Shown: piece after piece, positions 1-10,752 of the stretch
Position numbering within the stretch: position 1 is the first letter of the stretch
Layout of the letters: every line of letters begins with the position of its first letter
Assembly (NCBI GenBank): GCA_004764695.1
Contig: SMSO01000034.1
Location: forward strand, 992,001-1,056,000
DNA from: Schizochytrium sp. TIO01
Taxonomy: Eukaryota; Protista; Bigyra: Labyrinthulomycetes
DNA: 64,000 nt
Direction: 5' to 3'
The notes under the pieces: model-generated
Seen by the model: the letters and a program-made list of their open reading frames with translations, nothing else
Database searches by the model: none
Told to the model about the DNA's origin: nothing
Translations under genes and position numbers: made by a program

Positions 1-151
1 TTAGACCCTTGTTTCGCGCTGATTAAAATTTTGCAATCTTAGCATGATAAGAAAGCAGAGAAATTGCTCATCACCCATTTTACGCACTTGTTGCGACTTT
101 GTGGATAAGTGTTATTGCACGTAATAAATCCATTTCGTAGTAGGGACACCG

Positions 152-1177
152 ATGGCGTTTAGCCGACGCGAGCCTTCTGTCCGAAAGCAGTTTCATAGAC
201 GAAATGGGGAGATAACTGCAGCAAAGGAAATGAAGCAGGAACGCAATACCTGGAGCGTTAATGAAGATTCAGTTGAGAGCAAACATGATGCAGAGCACCA
301 CCCTTCGACAGAAAGACGAGTAACGGAGGCAGAAGCACGCGCATTTTACTCAGACAAGCTTTCACAAAAGCGTGCTGCGTTGCAAGCACTCAAAGATCAA
401 GACAACGAGCAATTTGCTCAGCTTTGCCCTTTCGCGCCAAATATCAATGAAGATCGAGCAACTTCTTTACAGAGACTTGTGGATTTTACAGAGCATCGTA
501 AAGCCTCTGCTCGTGCAACCGTAAAGGAGGAAGACTTTTGGACATTTCAGCATGAGGCAACTCATTGGGAAAACTTCCTCGATCGCAGTGAAGCTTTCTT
601 GCGTCAACGAAGAACGGTGCTTGATTTAAAAAGACAAAATCAAGAAATTGAAGAGATTGATGAATGCACTTTTCAACCGCAAGTGAGCTCATCTATTATA
701 TTACCCTTAAGAGACTCGGGAGATGTATTTCTTGATCTTTATAAAAAAGGGTTAAAACATCGCGCTGCCCGGGAACAGATTCAAAAAGAGCAAGCTGACC
801 GGGCAGCAGTTTGTGAAATGGAGGGTTGTACTTTTCAGCCAAATGTTTTTCGAGAGCGGAAAGCGCCTGTTGAAGCGGCAGCGCCGCCAATTGAATCCTA
901 CTTGCCAATTCCAAAGGAGACGACCTACTCAAAACTACACATACAGCGATCATCAATCAACAATACAAAGTCTACTGACTTTACTCTGCGATCCTCCGCA
1001 CCAAACCACCAAACTCGAGTAAACAACACTGCAAACCTTTCCAAACGACATGAAGATATTAGAAGCAAGCATGAATACGAACGGACAGCACAACACGCCA
1101 ACGAACATTTTTCGGAGATTCTCAGAAGCATTCAGGAGCTCAACCGCATTATAGCAACACCAAGACCCAGTTTTTAA
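152..1177 (+). CDS. Hypothetical coiled-coil protein with three C[TP]FxPx[IV] repeats
   Basis: 341-aa ATG ORF with charged helical segments. The repeats are QLCPFAPNINE, DECTFQPQV and EGCTFQPNV, a motif type seen in uncharacterised protist proteins. Confidence 0.7.
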   Translation: MAFSRREPSVRKQFHRRNGEITAAKEMKQERNTWSVNEDSVESKHDAEHHPSTERRVTEAEARAFYSDKLSQKRAALQALKDQDNEQFAQLCPFAPNINEDRATSLQRLVDFTEHRKASARATVKEEDFWTFQHEATHWENFLDRSEAFLRQRRTVLDLKRQNQEIEEIDECTFQPQVSSSIILPLRDSGDVFLDLYKKGLKHRAAREQIQKEQADRAAVCEMEGCTFQPNVFRERKAPVEAAAPPIESYLPIPKETTYSKLHIQRSSINNTKSTDFTLRSSAPNHQTRVNNTANLSKRHEDIRSKHEYERTAQHANEHFSEILRSIQELNRIIATPRPSF

Positions 1178-1284
1178 CTTTGCCGTATATTAATTTTGGC
1201 TCAAGTCAAATACGTACTATAGTAACAATTTCAAAGTAAATAAAGGGAGATTGATGTTTTAATCCGAAGATTCAGCTGCACTTC

Positions 1285-3471
1285 TCATTCAGAGTGGCCC
1301 GGGGCATAACATGCGAGTTTCAGAGCATTGGCAATACATATTGCTATTCGGTCCGTGTTCAATTGCATGAGGCATATCTCTCGTGACTTTGATTGGGGGG
1401 AGTTCCCAGTGTCCTGAACACAGCGCACCTCTGAAACCACACTTTCAACCAATCTACGGATAAGCTCAAGGCAGGCCTTACTATCTGCACCAGGTGATAC
1501 AACAATGTTTCTACTAGGGTCTATAGAAAGTTTAAGCTTTGCAACAGCTTGTGCTAAATCGGAGTAGTGTGCTGCTTGTAGTTCTATGGTAGTAGAGTTA
1601 ACATATTCACAGCGTACTGTGTGGTGGAGAAATGTATTTATATCAGATTTACTGGTTGAAGAGGTAGACAGCGCTAGCTTCCAGTACTCATACAAAAGAA
1701 GATTCGCCTCAAGTTGATCGTGCCAGGATCTTCGGTCCAAATCTAAAAATATTCCAGGATCTTTGCTGGCGCTGTATTCTCTTGTCCAGGTTAATTTGGC
1801 AGGATGAGAGCTTTCCCAGCTGCAAATGCAAACTTTCAAATCTTGAAAGAGATCTGTCTGGTAGGAGCTTACTTCATGCAGAATGAGCATAAACTCGTGT
1901 TCCTCATCAGAGACAACACTTTTTGTTTTTCGAAGAGGATATGTCTCGCATTGACCACGTATGCCATTGATAATCGCACTTGCGTTACTTTGTTTTCCGG
2001 AAAGAACAATATCTATTCTAAGTTGATTTCGATACATTCCAATACATTTTACGATAGCCGGGCGGGTAGAGCCAGGATCAGTAGCCTCTGGATTATTCAT
2101 AGTGTTGTTTTGCTTTGTAGCTGACGGCTTAAGCTTTGGAAAGAGAGGTTCAAGAAATTTCGACAAATGATCACTATATACTGAGTCTGTAAAGTCTCCC
2201 GAATTGAGAATTGATATTTCCAAATTCTCGACAAGGTCTCGTTTGTGGTCGACAAAAGTAGCTTTTGTAGCTAGCACAGATTCTGCAATAGAAATTTGGT
2301 TTTTCAGTGATTCAAGAGCCATACGACGCGCTGCAGTTCCAGTTGCTCCAAGCGTCTGGGGCCTTGTTCTTTGACTCTCAATGTCTGGTTCAAGCTGAAG
2401 ACTTAAGCCATAGCCTGTGATCCACTTTACAATTCGCTTAATCTGGCCTTTCTCGCAAGCACTAGTTACATACAATATTTGCATTTTGAACTCACAGGTC
2501 TCTTCATTTTGGTTTAAAATGACCTCTTTTTTAGGTTCGTGAATGATTGCGATTTGGCAGCAGCAATGTTTCTCCACAAAGGCACCTGCGATAATTGCCT
2601 GAACATTTTCAGTTCGTACCCAATGCTCGGCATTGAGGCGCACCTCCACATGGCCACCCATCAGTAGAGCTACCAGATGCTGTGGGGATGCATTGCATTC
2701 ACAATTTGTAGCGACGACATTTCGCGATTGTGTGGAGTCCTCTGACAAAGGCAACATCATATCGGATTTCCATAGGATATGCTGCTGTAAGTCCTTGGTA
2801 GTAACACCATCACCCGCAGCTGGTTCCACGAAAACTTGGTTGGTGGCACTGCAAGCCACCCTTTGTAGAACCGTGTCTCCAAGAAAATCAGATGAAGGAC
2901 ACGTAAAAAGGTCACATTCCGCAACCGGAAAGAGGATATGCGGAGTTTTTGTTCCGTGATAAACTTCACATTGTGGTTGCCGCCCATTAAGGCTAAAAAC
3001 CGACACACAGGCCTGGCCATGAAAGACAGCTAAGGTTTGAATATCGTACAAGCGAACACCTTGAATCTCGTGCTCACTCCTTACTAAGGCATTTGACGAT
3101 ATCTTCCCTGTTCCGTCAACCATAAGCACTTCAAGTCGATTTCCTTCCCTTTGTGCTACAATGTAGGCCACAAACTCACCATTTTCTCTGCACAATACTG
3201 GCCCAGGCCACAAGGTTTCAATTACGTGGCCCTTGTCTTCAGGACTTGCTTTGGTGTCCTTGCTGTAGAATTTGCGCTCCCAAACTAGCTCCGAGTTTCG
3301 ATCATCACTATCGCCACGGTTAGCCTTCTCGACGCGATCGTCGCGATCTTGCTTTCGCTTTGTCAATCGTGATTCGCTCCAGATCCCTGCAGCAGCCTCA
3401 ATGTCTGCGCCTACTGATCGGCATAGGATCAGCTGGCGCCGATGAGGAACCCACAGAGCCGTGCGTGCCAT
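1285..3471 (-). CDS. Hypothetical protein, FANCB-like (beta-rich N-terminus, coiled coil, C-terminal helices)
   Basis: 728-aa ATG ORF. VQAIIAGAFVEKHCCCQIAII, the following coiled coil (ALESLKNQISIAESVLATK..K.DLVENL) and the terminal REICLMQLNTDRIA resemble FANCB segments in the same order. The CDS is solid; the identity is tentative. Confidence 0.5.
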   Translation of the reverse strand: MARTALWVPHRRQLILCRSVGADIEAAAGIWSESRLTKRKQDRDDRVEKANRGDSDDRNSELVWERKFYSKDTKASPEDKGHVIETLWPGPVLCRENGEFVAYIVAQREGNRLEVLMVDGTGKISSNALVRSEHEIQGVRLYDIQTLAVFHGQACVSVFSLNGRQPQCEVYHGTKTPHILFPVAECDLFTCPSSDFLGDTVLQRVACSATNQVFVEPAAGDGVTTKDLQQHILWKSDMMLPLSEDSTQSRNVVATNCECNASPQHLVALLMGGHVEVRLNAEHWVRTENVQAIIAGAFVEKHCCCQIAIIHEPKKEVILNQNEETCEFKMQILYVTSACEKGQIKRIVKWITGYGLSLQLEPDIESQRTRPQTLGATGTAARRMALESLKNQISIAESVLATKATFVDHKRDLVENLEISILNSGDFTDSVYSDHLSKFLEPLFPKLKPSATKQNNTMNNPEATDPGSTRPAIVKCIGMYRNQLRIDIVLSGKQSNASAIINGIRGQCETYPLRKTKSVVSDEEHEFMLILHEVSSYQTDLFQDLKVCICSWESSHPAKLTWTREYSASKDPGIFLDLDRRSWHDQLEANLLLYEYWKLALSTSSTSKSDINTFLHHTVRCEYVNSTTIELQAAHYSDLAQAVAKLKLSIDPSRNIVVSPGADSKACLELIRRLVESVVSEVRCVQDTGNSPQSKSREICLMQLNTDRIAICIANALKLACYAPGHSE

Positions 3472-3912
3472 CTGGGCTTTGCAAGCGACCCTCAGGCATG
3501 AAATGCGTTCTTGTCCTTTTAAGGGTCAGCCTGAGTTAAAAAAAAATGAATTATAAGAACCAACTACTTGTTCGTATTATGTAGCTAGTATATATATTGT
3601 AAGTACAGGGAGAAAAAGAAAAAAATACCATCAAGTTCTTGATTTATAGGCTTCTTTGTACGATGTAGAGAACAGACAAAACAGGAGTGGTCTGGTCACT
3701 GTGGCTAAAGAAAGCACGACAAGTGGAACTAATGTCCATTTCATCTGTTGTGCATATCTTATAAATTAATTTGCGCTGTGATAGTTACACCCATGAACAT
3801 TTTGACTGGTTAAGAACCTATAAATGCCAATTTGTGGAGTCAAGACGTGATCACACACGATGACAATTCATGAAAACAGTAGTAGCATTGATTTTGTTTA
3901 AAGGTTATGAAA

Positions 3913-6366
3913 TCACAGTACGGGATGAACGGTTTGCGTTGCAAGAGCAATGGTCTCTTTGATTGCAAGCTCAAAGTCTGTAGCCGGGTCGCCGGCTCCT
4001 TGGGCTTGGATTTGTTGAGCGGTATTTGCTGCTGCCGTCGCGGCTGTTGTAGCAGCGTCACCAGACAAAGCCAAGGTAGAGTTGTCCTTGGATTCATTTA
4101 TTTCAGCCTCTGCAGCATCAATGTTAATGACCTTTTCAGAGGCAGGAACTTCTCGAGATGATGCTTCATCAGAAATAGCCTGGGACTCGTCTTGGGACAT
4201 GGAAAACTTGTACACGTGACCCTTACTATCAAGCTCAATACGAGCTTCATGCATTTCGTCTGTCACAAGAATACAATCCTTTTGTTGACGTATATTATCC
4301 ACGCCAAAGCGCTCTTCAAGCAAATTCACCAACAACATTGCAGTTTCCGAGCTTTTCAAAAGCTCACTGATGGAAGTTGCGCGCTGTCTCATGGGTGTTT
4401 CGTTTGTTCCATGCTCAGGGTGATCGTGTTCGTGGTGGTGATGCTCATGTTCACCATGGGCGTGAACTTCATGCCCGTGAGCACTGCAACAAGTACCGAT
4501 ACGCACAGCTGCCATACCACTTTCAGCCTGGAGAAGGATCGCCATCAGCGCATCAGCAACCATGTCGTTAGATGGAGAGGCATCCCAGCTGAGACGCACC
4601 AGGTTCTTTTGGAGAAAGACTTCCACTCGCCCATTAACCATGAGGGTGTTGCCAGTACGAGACACATCCTCGCCTGTGCCTTCTTCACACTGAAAGACAC
4701 GGCCAATGGCATCCCGGAGGTCAACGAAAGTGCGGTGAAATGGCACATGAAGGCGCTGCTGTACTCTTGCTGTCTTCAATTGGGTGTACATGCGCAAGTC
4801 ATCCGTAGCAATGAAGCGATCTGTAAGGTCCTGACGAACCAAGTAGGCAGCAAGGCGCGTACCTGGGGTACGCATTCGGCGCTGCACAAGCTCACCACCA
4901 TAAGCCTTGACAATACGTTGTTCTTGGAAGCGAAGGTTTACCGTTTGACCATTTTCGGGGCGGAAAAACTGTGTACCAAGCTCTCTCAAGGTAGGATCAC
5001 GACCAAGATCAAGATTAAGCTTTCGCATTTGCTCCTTCTCGCCGTGAACAAAAATGATATTTTTAGGCTTCAACTGGTCGACGAAACTCTTGGTGCCTGG
5101 GTAATCAGAGTGTGCTGCGAAAGTAATTGTCTTGATGTCACAATCAACTGTAAGCATGGTACCATTAAGAGACTCAATTTCCTTGACAGACCCAGCCTTT
5201 GAGAGTTCTTTAGCTAGGGTTCCTTCAACACTGTAACCAGCAAGAATTACACCATTGCGGCGATCGGAGCACCACAGCTCAAAAAGTCGACGGGAAGTTC
5301 CACTCTGCAAGTAACCTGGACTTGCCAGAACCACAGCAGGGGGTTGAATAACCTCATTCTCACCGAGACTACCAATATTTTGCAAATTCCATGGGTCGGA
5401 AAGCTGGCGGCTGCGCATATCAGCGTTCATGACATTGATAAAAGCCTTGTACACCTTGAGAGCCTCATTAGCAATCCGTGAAGTGTGATAAATATTAATA
5501 CCGCGCAAGTCAGGGTTTTTGTTCCAGTGGTCCTCGAGAATGAGCAAAAGTTCCTGGACGGCACCCAGCGCGCCCATGGGAATCAAGCAGTTGCCACCAC
5601 GACGGACGATCATTTCCACAGTGTCAGTAAAACGTTTTTCGCGTTCTTCGCGGCTCTCATGCACAAGAACACCAAAAGTGGCTTCTACAATAAGAACGTC
5701 TGGTCTTCCAGAGGGAATCTCGGCACCAGGGAGGTGACGGTCATCCTCACGCGAGTAGTCACCGGTGTAGAGGATCCGCACGCCTGCAATTTCTAACATG
5801 AACATGGCTGCACCAAGCACGTGACCAGCTAGATAGGGTGTAATTTTAATGCCTTGGATCTCAATGCTTTGATGGAGACCGATTGTCTGACACCTTTCTA
5901 GACACCTGGTAAGCTGTTCCTGCGTGTACACAGGTGCGTTGTTTGGATCGTTGGCAAGGATTCTGACATAATCCTTCAGCACAAGCCGTAAAATGGCCTT
6001 TGTGCAGCTGGTCATGAAAACCTGACCTTTGAAAGAAGTTCTCTCTGTGAGATACGGGAGTGCTGCTGCATGGTCCAAATGGAAATGGGTAATAAGACAA
6101 ATGTCAATTTTTGATAAATCTGTGCGATCGAAGAAAGGTAGCAGCTCGTCGCCCTCCTTTCCAGGATGGATGCCACAGTCGAGCAAGATACGCTTCCCCT
6201 TGAACTCCAAAACGTGGCAAGACCTGCCGACTTCCCTGCCGGATCCGAGAGGCGTAAACTGCAAATTATTATTTGAGTCTTCCCAGATGCTCAAGTCTTC
6301 GTCGCCTTCGTCGCCACCCACAACGGGGCCTCCAGGCAGCACGCCTGAATCTGCCTTCCGCTTCAT
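3913..6366 (-). CDS. CPSF3: Cleavage and polyadenylation specificity factor 73 kDa subunit (MBL/beta-CASP endonuclease, Ysh1)
   Basis: PLGSGREVGRSC, LLDCGIHPG, THFHLDH, AGHVLGAAMF, YTGDYSREDDRHL, GYSVEGTLAK, AHSD and VHGE motifs, plus the CPSF73 C-terminal WDASPSNDMVAD. Confidence 0.96.
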   Translation of the reverse strand: MKRKADSGVLPGGPVVGGDEGDEDLSIWEDSNNNLQFTPLGSGREVGRSCHVLEFKGKRILLDCGIHPGKEGDELLPFFDRTDLSKIDICLITHFHLDHAAALPYLTERTSFKGQVFMTSCTKAILRLVLKDYVRILANDPNNAPVYTQEQLTRCLERCQTIGLHQSIEIQGIKITPYLAGHVLGAAMFMLEIAGVRILYTGDYSREDDRHLPGAEIPSGRPDVLIVEATFGVLVHESREEREKRFTDTVEMIVRRGGNCLIPMGALGAVQELLLILEDHWNKNPDLRGINIYHTSRIANEALKVYKAFINVMNADMRSRQLSDPWNLQNIGSLGENEVIQPPAVVLASPGYLQSGTSRRLFELWCSDRRNGVILAGYSVEGTLAKELSKAGSVKEIESLNGTMLTVDCDIKTITFAAHSDYPGTKSFVDQLKPKNIIFVHGEKEQMRKLNLDLGRDPTLRELGTQFFRPENGQTVNLRFQEQRIVKAYGGELVQRRMRTPGTRLAAYLVRQDLTDRFIATDDLRMYTQLKTARVQQRLHVPFHRTFVDLRDAIGRVFQCEEGTGEDVSRTGNTLMVNGRVEVFLQKNLVRLSWDASPSNDMVADALMAILLQAESGMAAVRIGTCCSAHGHEVHAHGEHEHHHHEHDHPEHGTNETPMRQRATSISELLKSSETAMLLVNLLEERFGVDNIRQQKDCILVTDEMHEARIELDSKGHVYKFSMSQDESQAISDEASSREVPASEKVINIDAAEAEINESKDNSTLALSGDAATTAATAAANTAQQIQAQGAGDPATDFELAIKETIALATQTVHPVL

Positions 6367-7731
6367 GGCGCCACCGCCAAATCTCCAGCAAAGGTTACAG
6401 AGGCTCCGCCACGCCTCGAACCTCTCTCTTTCACGGCCTCCGCAACCTCTCCAGCGGGGTCCGCCGCGATCAAAGAGGGTTTGATCTGTTCAAATCGATC
6501 GATGATTGATTTTGATCTCATATTTTTATTTCATTCAATCTTAGCAACAATGATCATTATTGCTAACTATGATTAATGATTAGTAAGAACAACGACAACG
6601 ATGATCACATAACTATCGGCCTTTCATACCCTCATATTCTAATAATGTTATTGTCTCAATCTTTTACTTTAATTTTCCAATTAAATAGGAATAACAATAC
6701 AATAATCCTATGATAGAAGAAAAGTTTTAATTTTAGAAGGAAGAGGAGCCAGGTGCTAAGTCGCCCTATGTTGCTCTTATAACCTGGCTATAACTCACTT
6801 AGCTATGGAGGGATGAGTAGGATATAAGATTGTGTACAATGGGTTATAGTACTGTAATTGTAGCCTATACACGCTGCAAGTCGGTTATAGCGGCGAGAGT
6901 TGCGATTCCTTGTCTGGGAGCGATAAAATACTACAGTAGGTATTGTTGGTTCATATCCTAATAAGAATTGATGGTTTGGACGGGAGATAATTAAAATGAA
7001 GAACTGAAGAGGATATAAAAGCCTCGAAGCGAGTGGGTGATTTGGTTCATGACGAGGGAAGCTTGTTTTTATGTTTGTTTTTGTTTTTTACAAAGGGAGG
7101 ATCAACGGCTGGTATTGCCAAACAAATTGTCAATTGTTCTGCTAAGTAACACTTTAGTCCTTAGGTACCTCCTAACAAAACAAATCTTCAGACAAAAACA
7201 ACGACCAGATGAACGATATCGCATTTCAATATTCCGATTGCCGGAGACATCTTGACCAAGCAAATCCAATAAATTTATGACCTGTTTCGGTGTTCATCTA
7301 TTCTACTATTTATTCCATCGTGTGTTAACGTCTACTGCTGATTTTATTTCAGATGCCTGAGTGTTCATTAATTTGAGCCTGGGTTCCACTTCTTTTTAAT
7401 ACACAGGCCTGTTAGGCAACTCATTTTACTGAAGTTATTGTTTGCTTTGACTGATGCTCGTTTCCCAAGCTTAAAACGAAAAGGTCTCATTTTAGAACTT
7501 GACTGGTGAGAGCTAAAAGAAAAGAAGGAAAAAGAATGTCTTAAAAAGTTGAGTGGGTATTTTTGTTTGAATTTTTGTTCGATTTTTAGTTTGATTTTTC
7601 GTTTGAATATTCGCTGGCAAGAGAACAACATTGGTTGGAGCGCAATTCCGGAATCGCGAGACCGACAGCAGAACTGCTGTCGTGTTGCGAGGAAGTTGAC
7701 TTCAAGTTAGCAAGTGTTTCAATTCTGCACG

Positions 7732-9786
7732 ATGGCGGAGGCATCTGCGGATTCTATCCTTTCCTCCCATGTGGATGGCGGCGCCGAGGAGGACCTCGGT
7801 CCAGACACCTGGTCAAATCTTCGTCCTCGCAAGCTTGATGAAGACATGGTAACTTACGTCAAGGGAGTCGAGGGTGCTCTCGCATCTGCCCTGGATGCGG
7901 AGAGTCACCGCGCTCTCGTCAAAAATGTCTTTGAAGAGCTTATCAATCACGAGGCAAGTCTTTCCTGTGCCAAACGTATGTCATACGCCCTTGAGGCGCT
8001 TCTGCGCCATGCCGAAGCATCTCAACTGGAGACCTTCCTCGCCAACACCAAGCGCTACTTCGGCTTTGTCAGCTCTGACCGCCAAGGATCGCACGTACTT
8101 CAGACTCTCTTCAGCCAAATCTACGCTGTGCTCAACGGCAAAGTCTCCAAGAAGATTGGTGGCGATGACAAAAACGATAACGATGAACCTAATGAAGACG
8201 AAGACGATGACGATGAGGACGATGATGAAGATGAAGAAACCAAAGCTGCCAGCGAGGAGGCTCGTAAGAAGCTCCGTGAGCTTGTGTTAGACCTTGCTAA
8301 GACTCTTGTTGTGAAGGAGGTTTGGATTGACATGATGTATGATCCATGCGCCACGCACGTAGTCAGGGCCCTCCTGCTCGTCCTGGCCGGCCAGGACCCG
8401 AGGGAGAAAAAGAAGTCTGGTGAAACTATTCAGGCTACGCGCATGCGGAGACACGCACAGACTGATAGCGAGTTCACGGCCTCACTCACGGCCTTTATGG
8501 TGGCAATGGCGTCATGGACTGGCAGGGATATTAAGGAGGCTTGCGAAAACACGCATGCATCTCCCGTCGTGCAGATTGTGCTGCAACATGCTAACTCGAG
8601 GCATAAATCATGGAAAGCTGTCGTCAATAAGGTTGTAGGTGGTGAAGATGGCGTGGAGCCTTCACACCAGGTCTTCTGGGCGTGTGCTCAGCACCGCGTA
8701 TGCAGCCATGTTGTGCAGGTCGTTGTTACCTCCTGTGATGACATTTACTTTGACGAGATGGTCTTTGAGAAATGCATCAAGGGTAGCATGCTGGAGGGTC
8801 TTAAACACCCAGTCGCTAACCACGTTTTGCAAAGTGCACTGGGGCGCATGCATTCTGATGGACAAGTCAAGGAGGCCTTGGATGAGCTTGAGCCAGAGAT
8901 GGAGAAGCGTATTCTTGGCAGTCGCCTGGGTATTCTCTGGCGCCTTTGCGAGGCTAGCGTTATGCGCAGCAAGAATATTCAAAGCCGTCTCACGCGTACT
9001 GTGCTGCGAGCATTGCGCTCTCGTCGCGACAGCATGCCAGGCCAGGCCGGTGCTCCCAAGGGTGCAATCGAATACCTTCTGGGTCTCGAGGAGCGCAACG
9101 GTCCCGCATCTGCTACCGCTGAGAAGCAAGCTGACGACGAAGATAAGGAAGAAGGTGACCAAGAGGAGGAAGAATTCACTCGTGTGCGTGTCTCTGTCCT
9201 TGGCGCACGTGTCGCTGGTGCAATGCTCCAGTTTGCTCCGGAGAGCGCCCGAACCTTGCTCGAAAGTCTTGCATCAATGGATGAGCTTTCCTTGCAGCAG
9301 CTTGCGTGCGATCCGGTGGGTGGGCGCTACGTTCTGGAGCCATTGATGGACGCTCCTGAGGGAGCACTTTGGGCAAAGCAGCGTGTGCTCGCTAAGCTCA
9401 AGAGCAAGATCACGCGTTTAGCTGGCGATAAGTTTGGCTGCCACGTCCTGCGTAAGGCTTTTGATGCTGGTACGCTGAAGGATCGTACGGTTATTGTCAA
9501 GGCCCTTTCCCGCAAGCAACAACGTCTCGCAGGTTCGAAGAGTGGAGCAAACCTTTTGCGTCACTGCAAGGTAACTCTGTATGCGCGCCACCCGGACCAG
9601 TGGAACTCTGCACAGAACCATGTTAAGACCAAGACTAAGAAACAAACCCTCACAAACTTCATGATGGACCTTGAGCAAACCTCTAATAAACGCAAGCCAA
9701 AGTCGAGCGAGGCCAAGGAAACCAAGCCGGACGATCTTGGGGAACCTGTTCGCGCTGCCAAGAAGGCTAAGAAGCAGCTTCTGTAG
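7732..9786 (+). CDS. NOP9: Nucleolar protein 9 (Pumilio-repeat pre-40S factor)
   Basis: The N-terminus LDEDMVTYVKGVE..LV.NVFEE..E.SL is NOP9-like. PUF repeats include GSHVLQTL, ATHVVRALL, ASPVVQIVL, CSHVVQ, HPVANHVLQ, LACDPVGGRYVLE and DKFGCHVLRK, with acidic insertions. First ATG is at 7732. Confidence 0.9.
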   Translation: MAEASADSILSSHVDGGAEEDLGPDTWSNLRPRKLDEDMVTYVKGVEGALASALDAESHRALVKNVFEELINHEASLSCAKRMSYALEALLRHAEASQLETFLANTKRYFGFVSSDRQGSHVLQTLFSQIYAVLNGKVSKKIGGDDKNDNDEPNEDEDDDDEDDDEDEETKAASEEARKKLRELVLDLAKTLVVKEVWIDMMYDPCATHVVRALLLVLAGQDPREKKKSGETIQATRMRRHAQTDSEFTASLTAFMVAMASWTGRDIKEACENTHASPVVQIVLQHANSRHKSWKAVVNKVVGGEDGVEPSHQVFWACAQHRVCSHVVQVVVTSCDDIYFDEMVFEKCIKGSMLEGLKHPVANHVLQSALGRMHSDGQVKEALDELEPEMEKRILGSRLGILWRLCEASVMRSKNIQSRLTRTVLRALRSRRDSMPGQAGAPKGAIEYLLGLEERNGPASATAEKQADDEDKEEGDQEEEEFTRVRVSVLGARVAGAMLQFAPESARTLLESLASMDELSLQQLACDPVGGRYVLEPLMDAPEGALWAKQRVLAKLKSKITRLAGDKFGCHVLRKAFDAGTLKDRTVIVKALSRKQQRLAGSKSGANLLRHCKVTLYARHPDQWNSAQNHVKTKTKKQTLTNFMMDLEQTSNKRKPKSSEAKETKPDDLGEPVRAAKKAKKQLL

Positions 9787-10752
9787 GCAAATCCAGCGTA
9801 ACATTTCTAAAAAACACAAAGAATCACACTCTTCGACCACCACATACAAATATACCTTTGTGCCCTTGTGGGTATTCCACGGTCGCTCAGGTCCGACGAA
9901 ACTACATACTTAGTGCTAGCATCGATGAAGAGCTGGCATTAAAGGCAACAACATCACATAGCAAAAAGAAACCCTCTTTTACTTTCAAACATGGTTTGAG
10001 AAAGATTGGACCAGCATCGTCACGAAGAAAGGCGTTCACTTTCAATTATCTGCTCATGGCATTAACCTCGTGTGTCATTGCCTTTTCCTCACTCCATGTT
10101 TTACTTTGGTACTACTATTACTTTGATAAAATCGAAATATTGAAATGAATCTGTTAAAATGTACGTTTCATTGATGTTGAAGAGTAGACAAGAAGACACG
10201 GAAACGAAGAATGAATTATCTCATAAAACTTCTATAATTTCGAAATAATTTTGTTTTAAACAAGTCAGACATTAGTGTAGCGTGGTTATAATAATGGACA
10301 CCTCTTATTCTTGAAATATTTTTGTCAAAGTACTGGTATATAACAGTCAAAGGAAATTGCACAATGTAAAATATGTAGTAGTTTATTTGGAAAGTTTTTG
10401 CCTTAACAGCCATCCCATAATTCCGTGCATACTCGCAAAGCACATCCCAACAAGTAGACGACGATAGAGCACATCCTAGTGAATCTCCGAAGGTCCCTCA
10501 ATTCCCCTCTATGAAATGCAGAATCCAGTCTTCTGCGTCCAGCAAAAAGGAAAGCCCAGGATATCACAACGCCTGAATTTTCAGGAGGCAATTATACATG
10601 CTTTTGGTCACAGGAAAGTAGATTTTTCAGTAGGTCAAGTTTAGGTCCAGTAACTTTCAGTACAACAAAGTGAAGAAACTTCAAACAAATCAACGCAGCT
10701 TTCAGCGATGCTCTACCCCTGTCTGCTGTGATCATTTTTCTGCCCACTAAAT

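Noticed and set aside
4192-5202. 336-aa plus-strand ORF antisense to CPSF3
   Set aside because: Shadow ORF of a codon-biased gene with no recognisable motifs.
8639-9346. 235-aa alternative-frame ORF and several antisense ORFs in NOP9
   Set aside because: They overlap a clear conserved CDS and look like off-frame translations.
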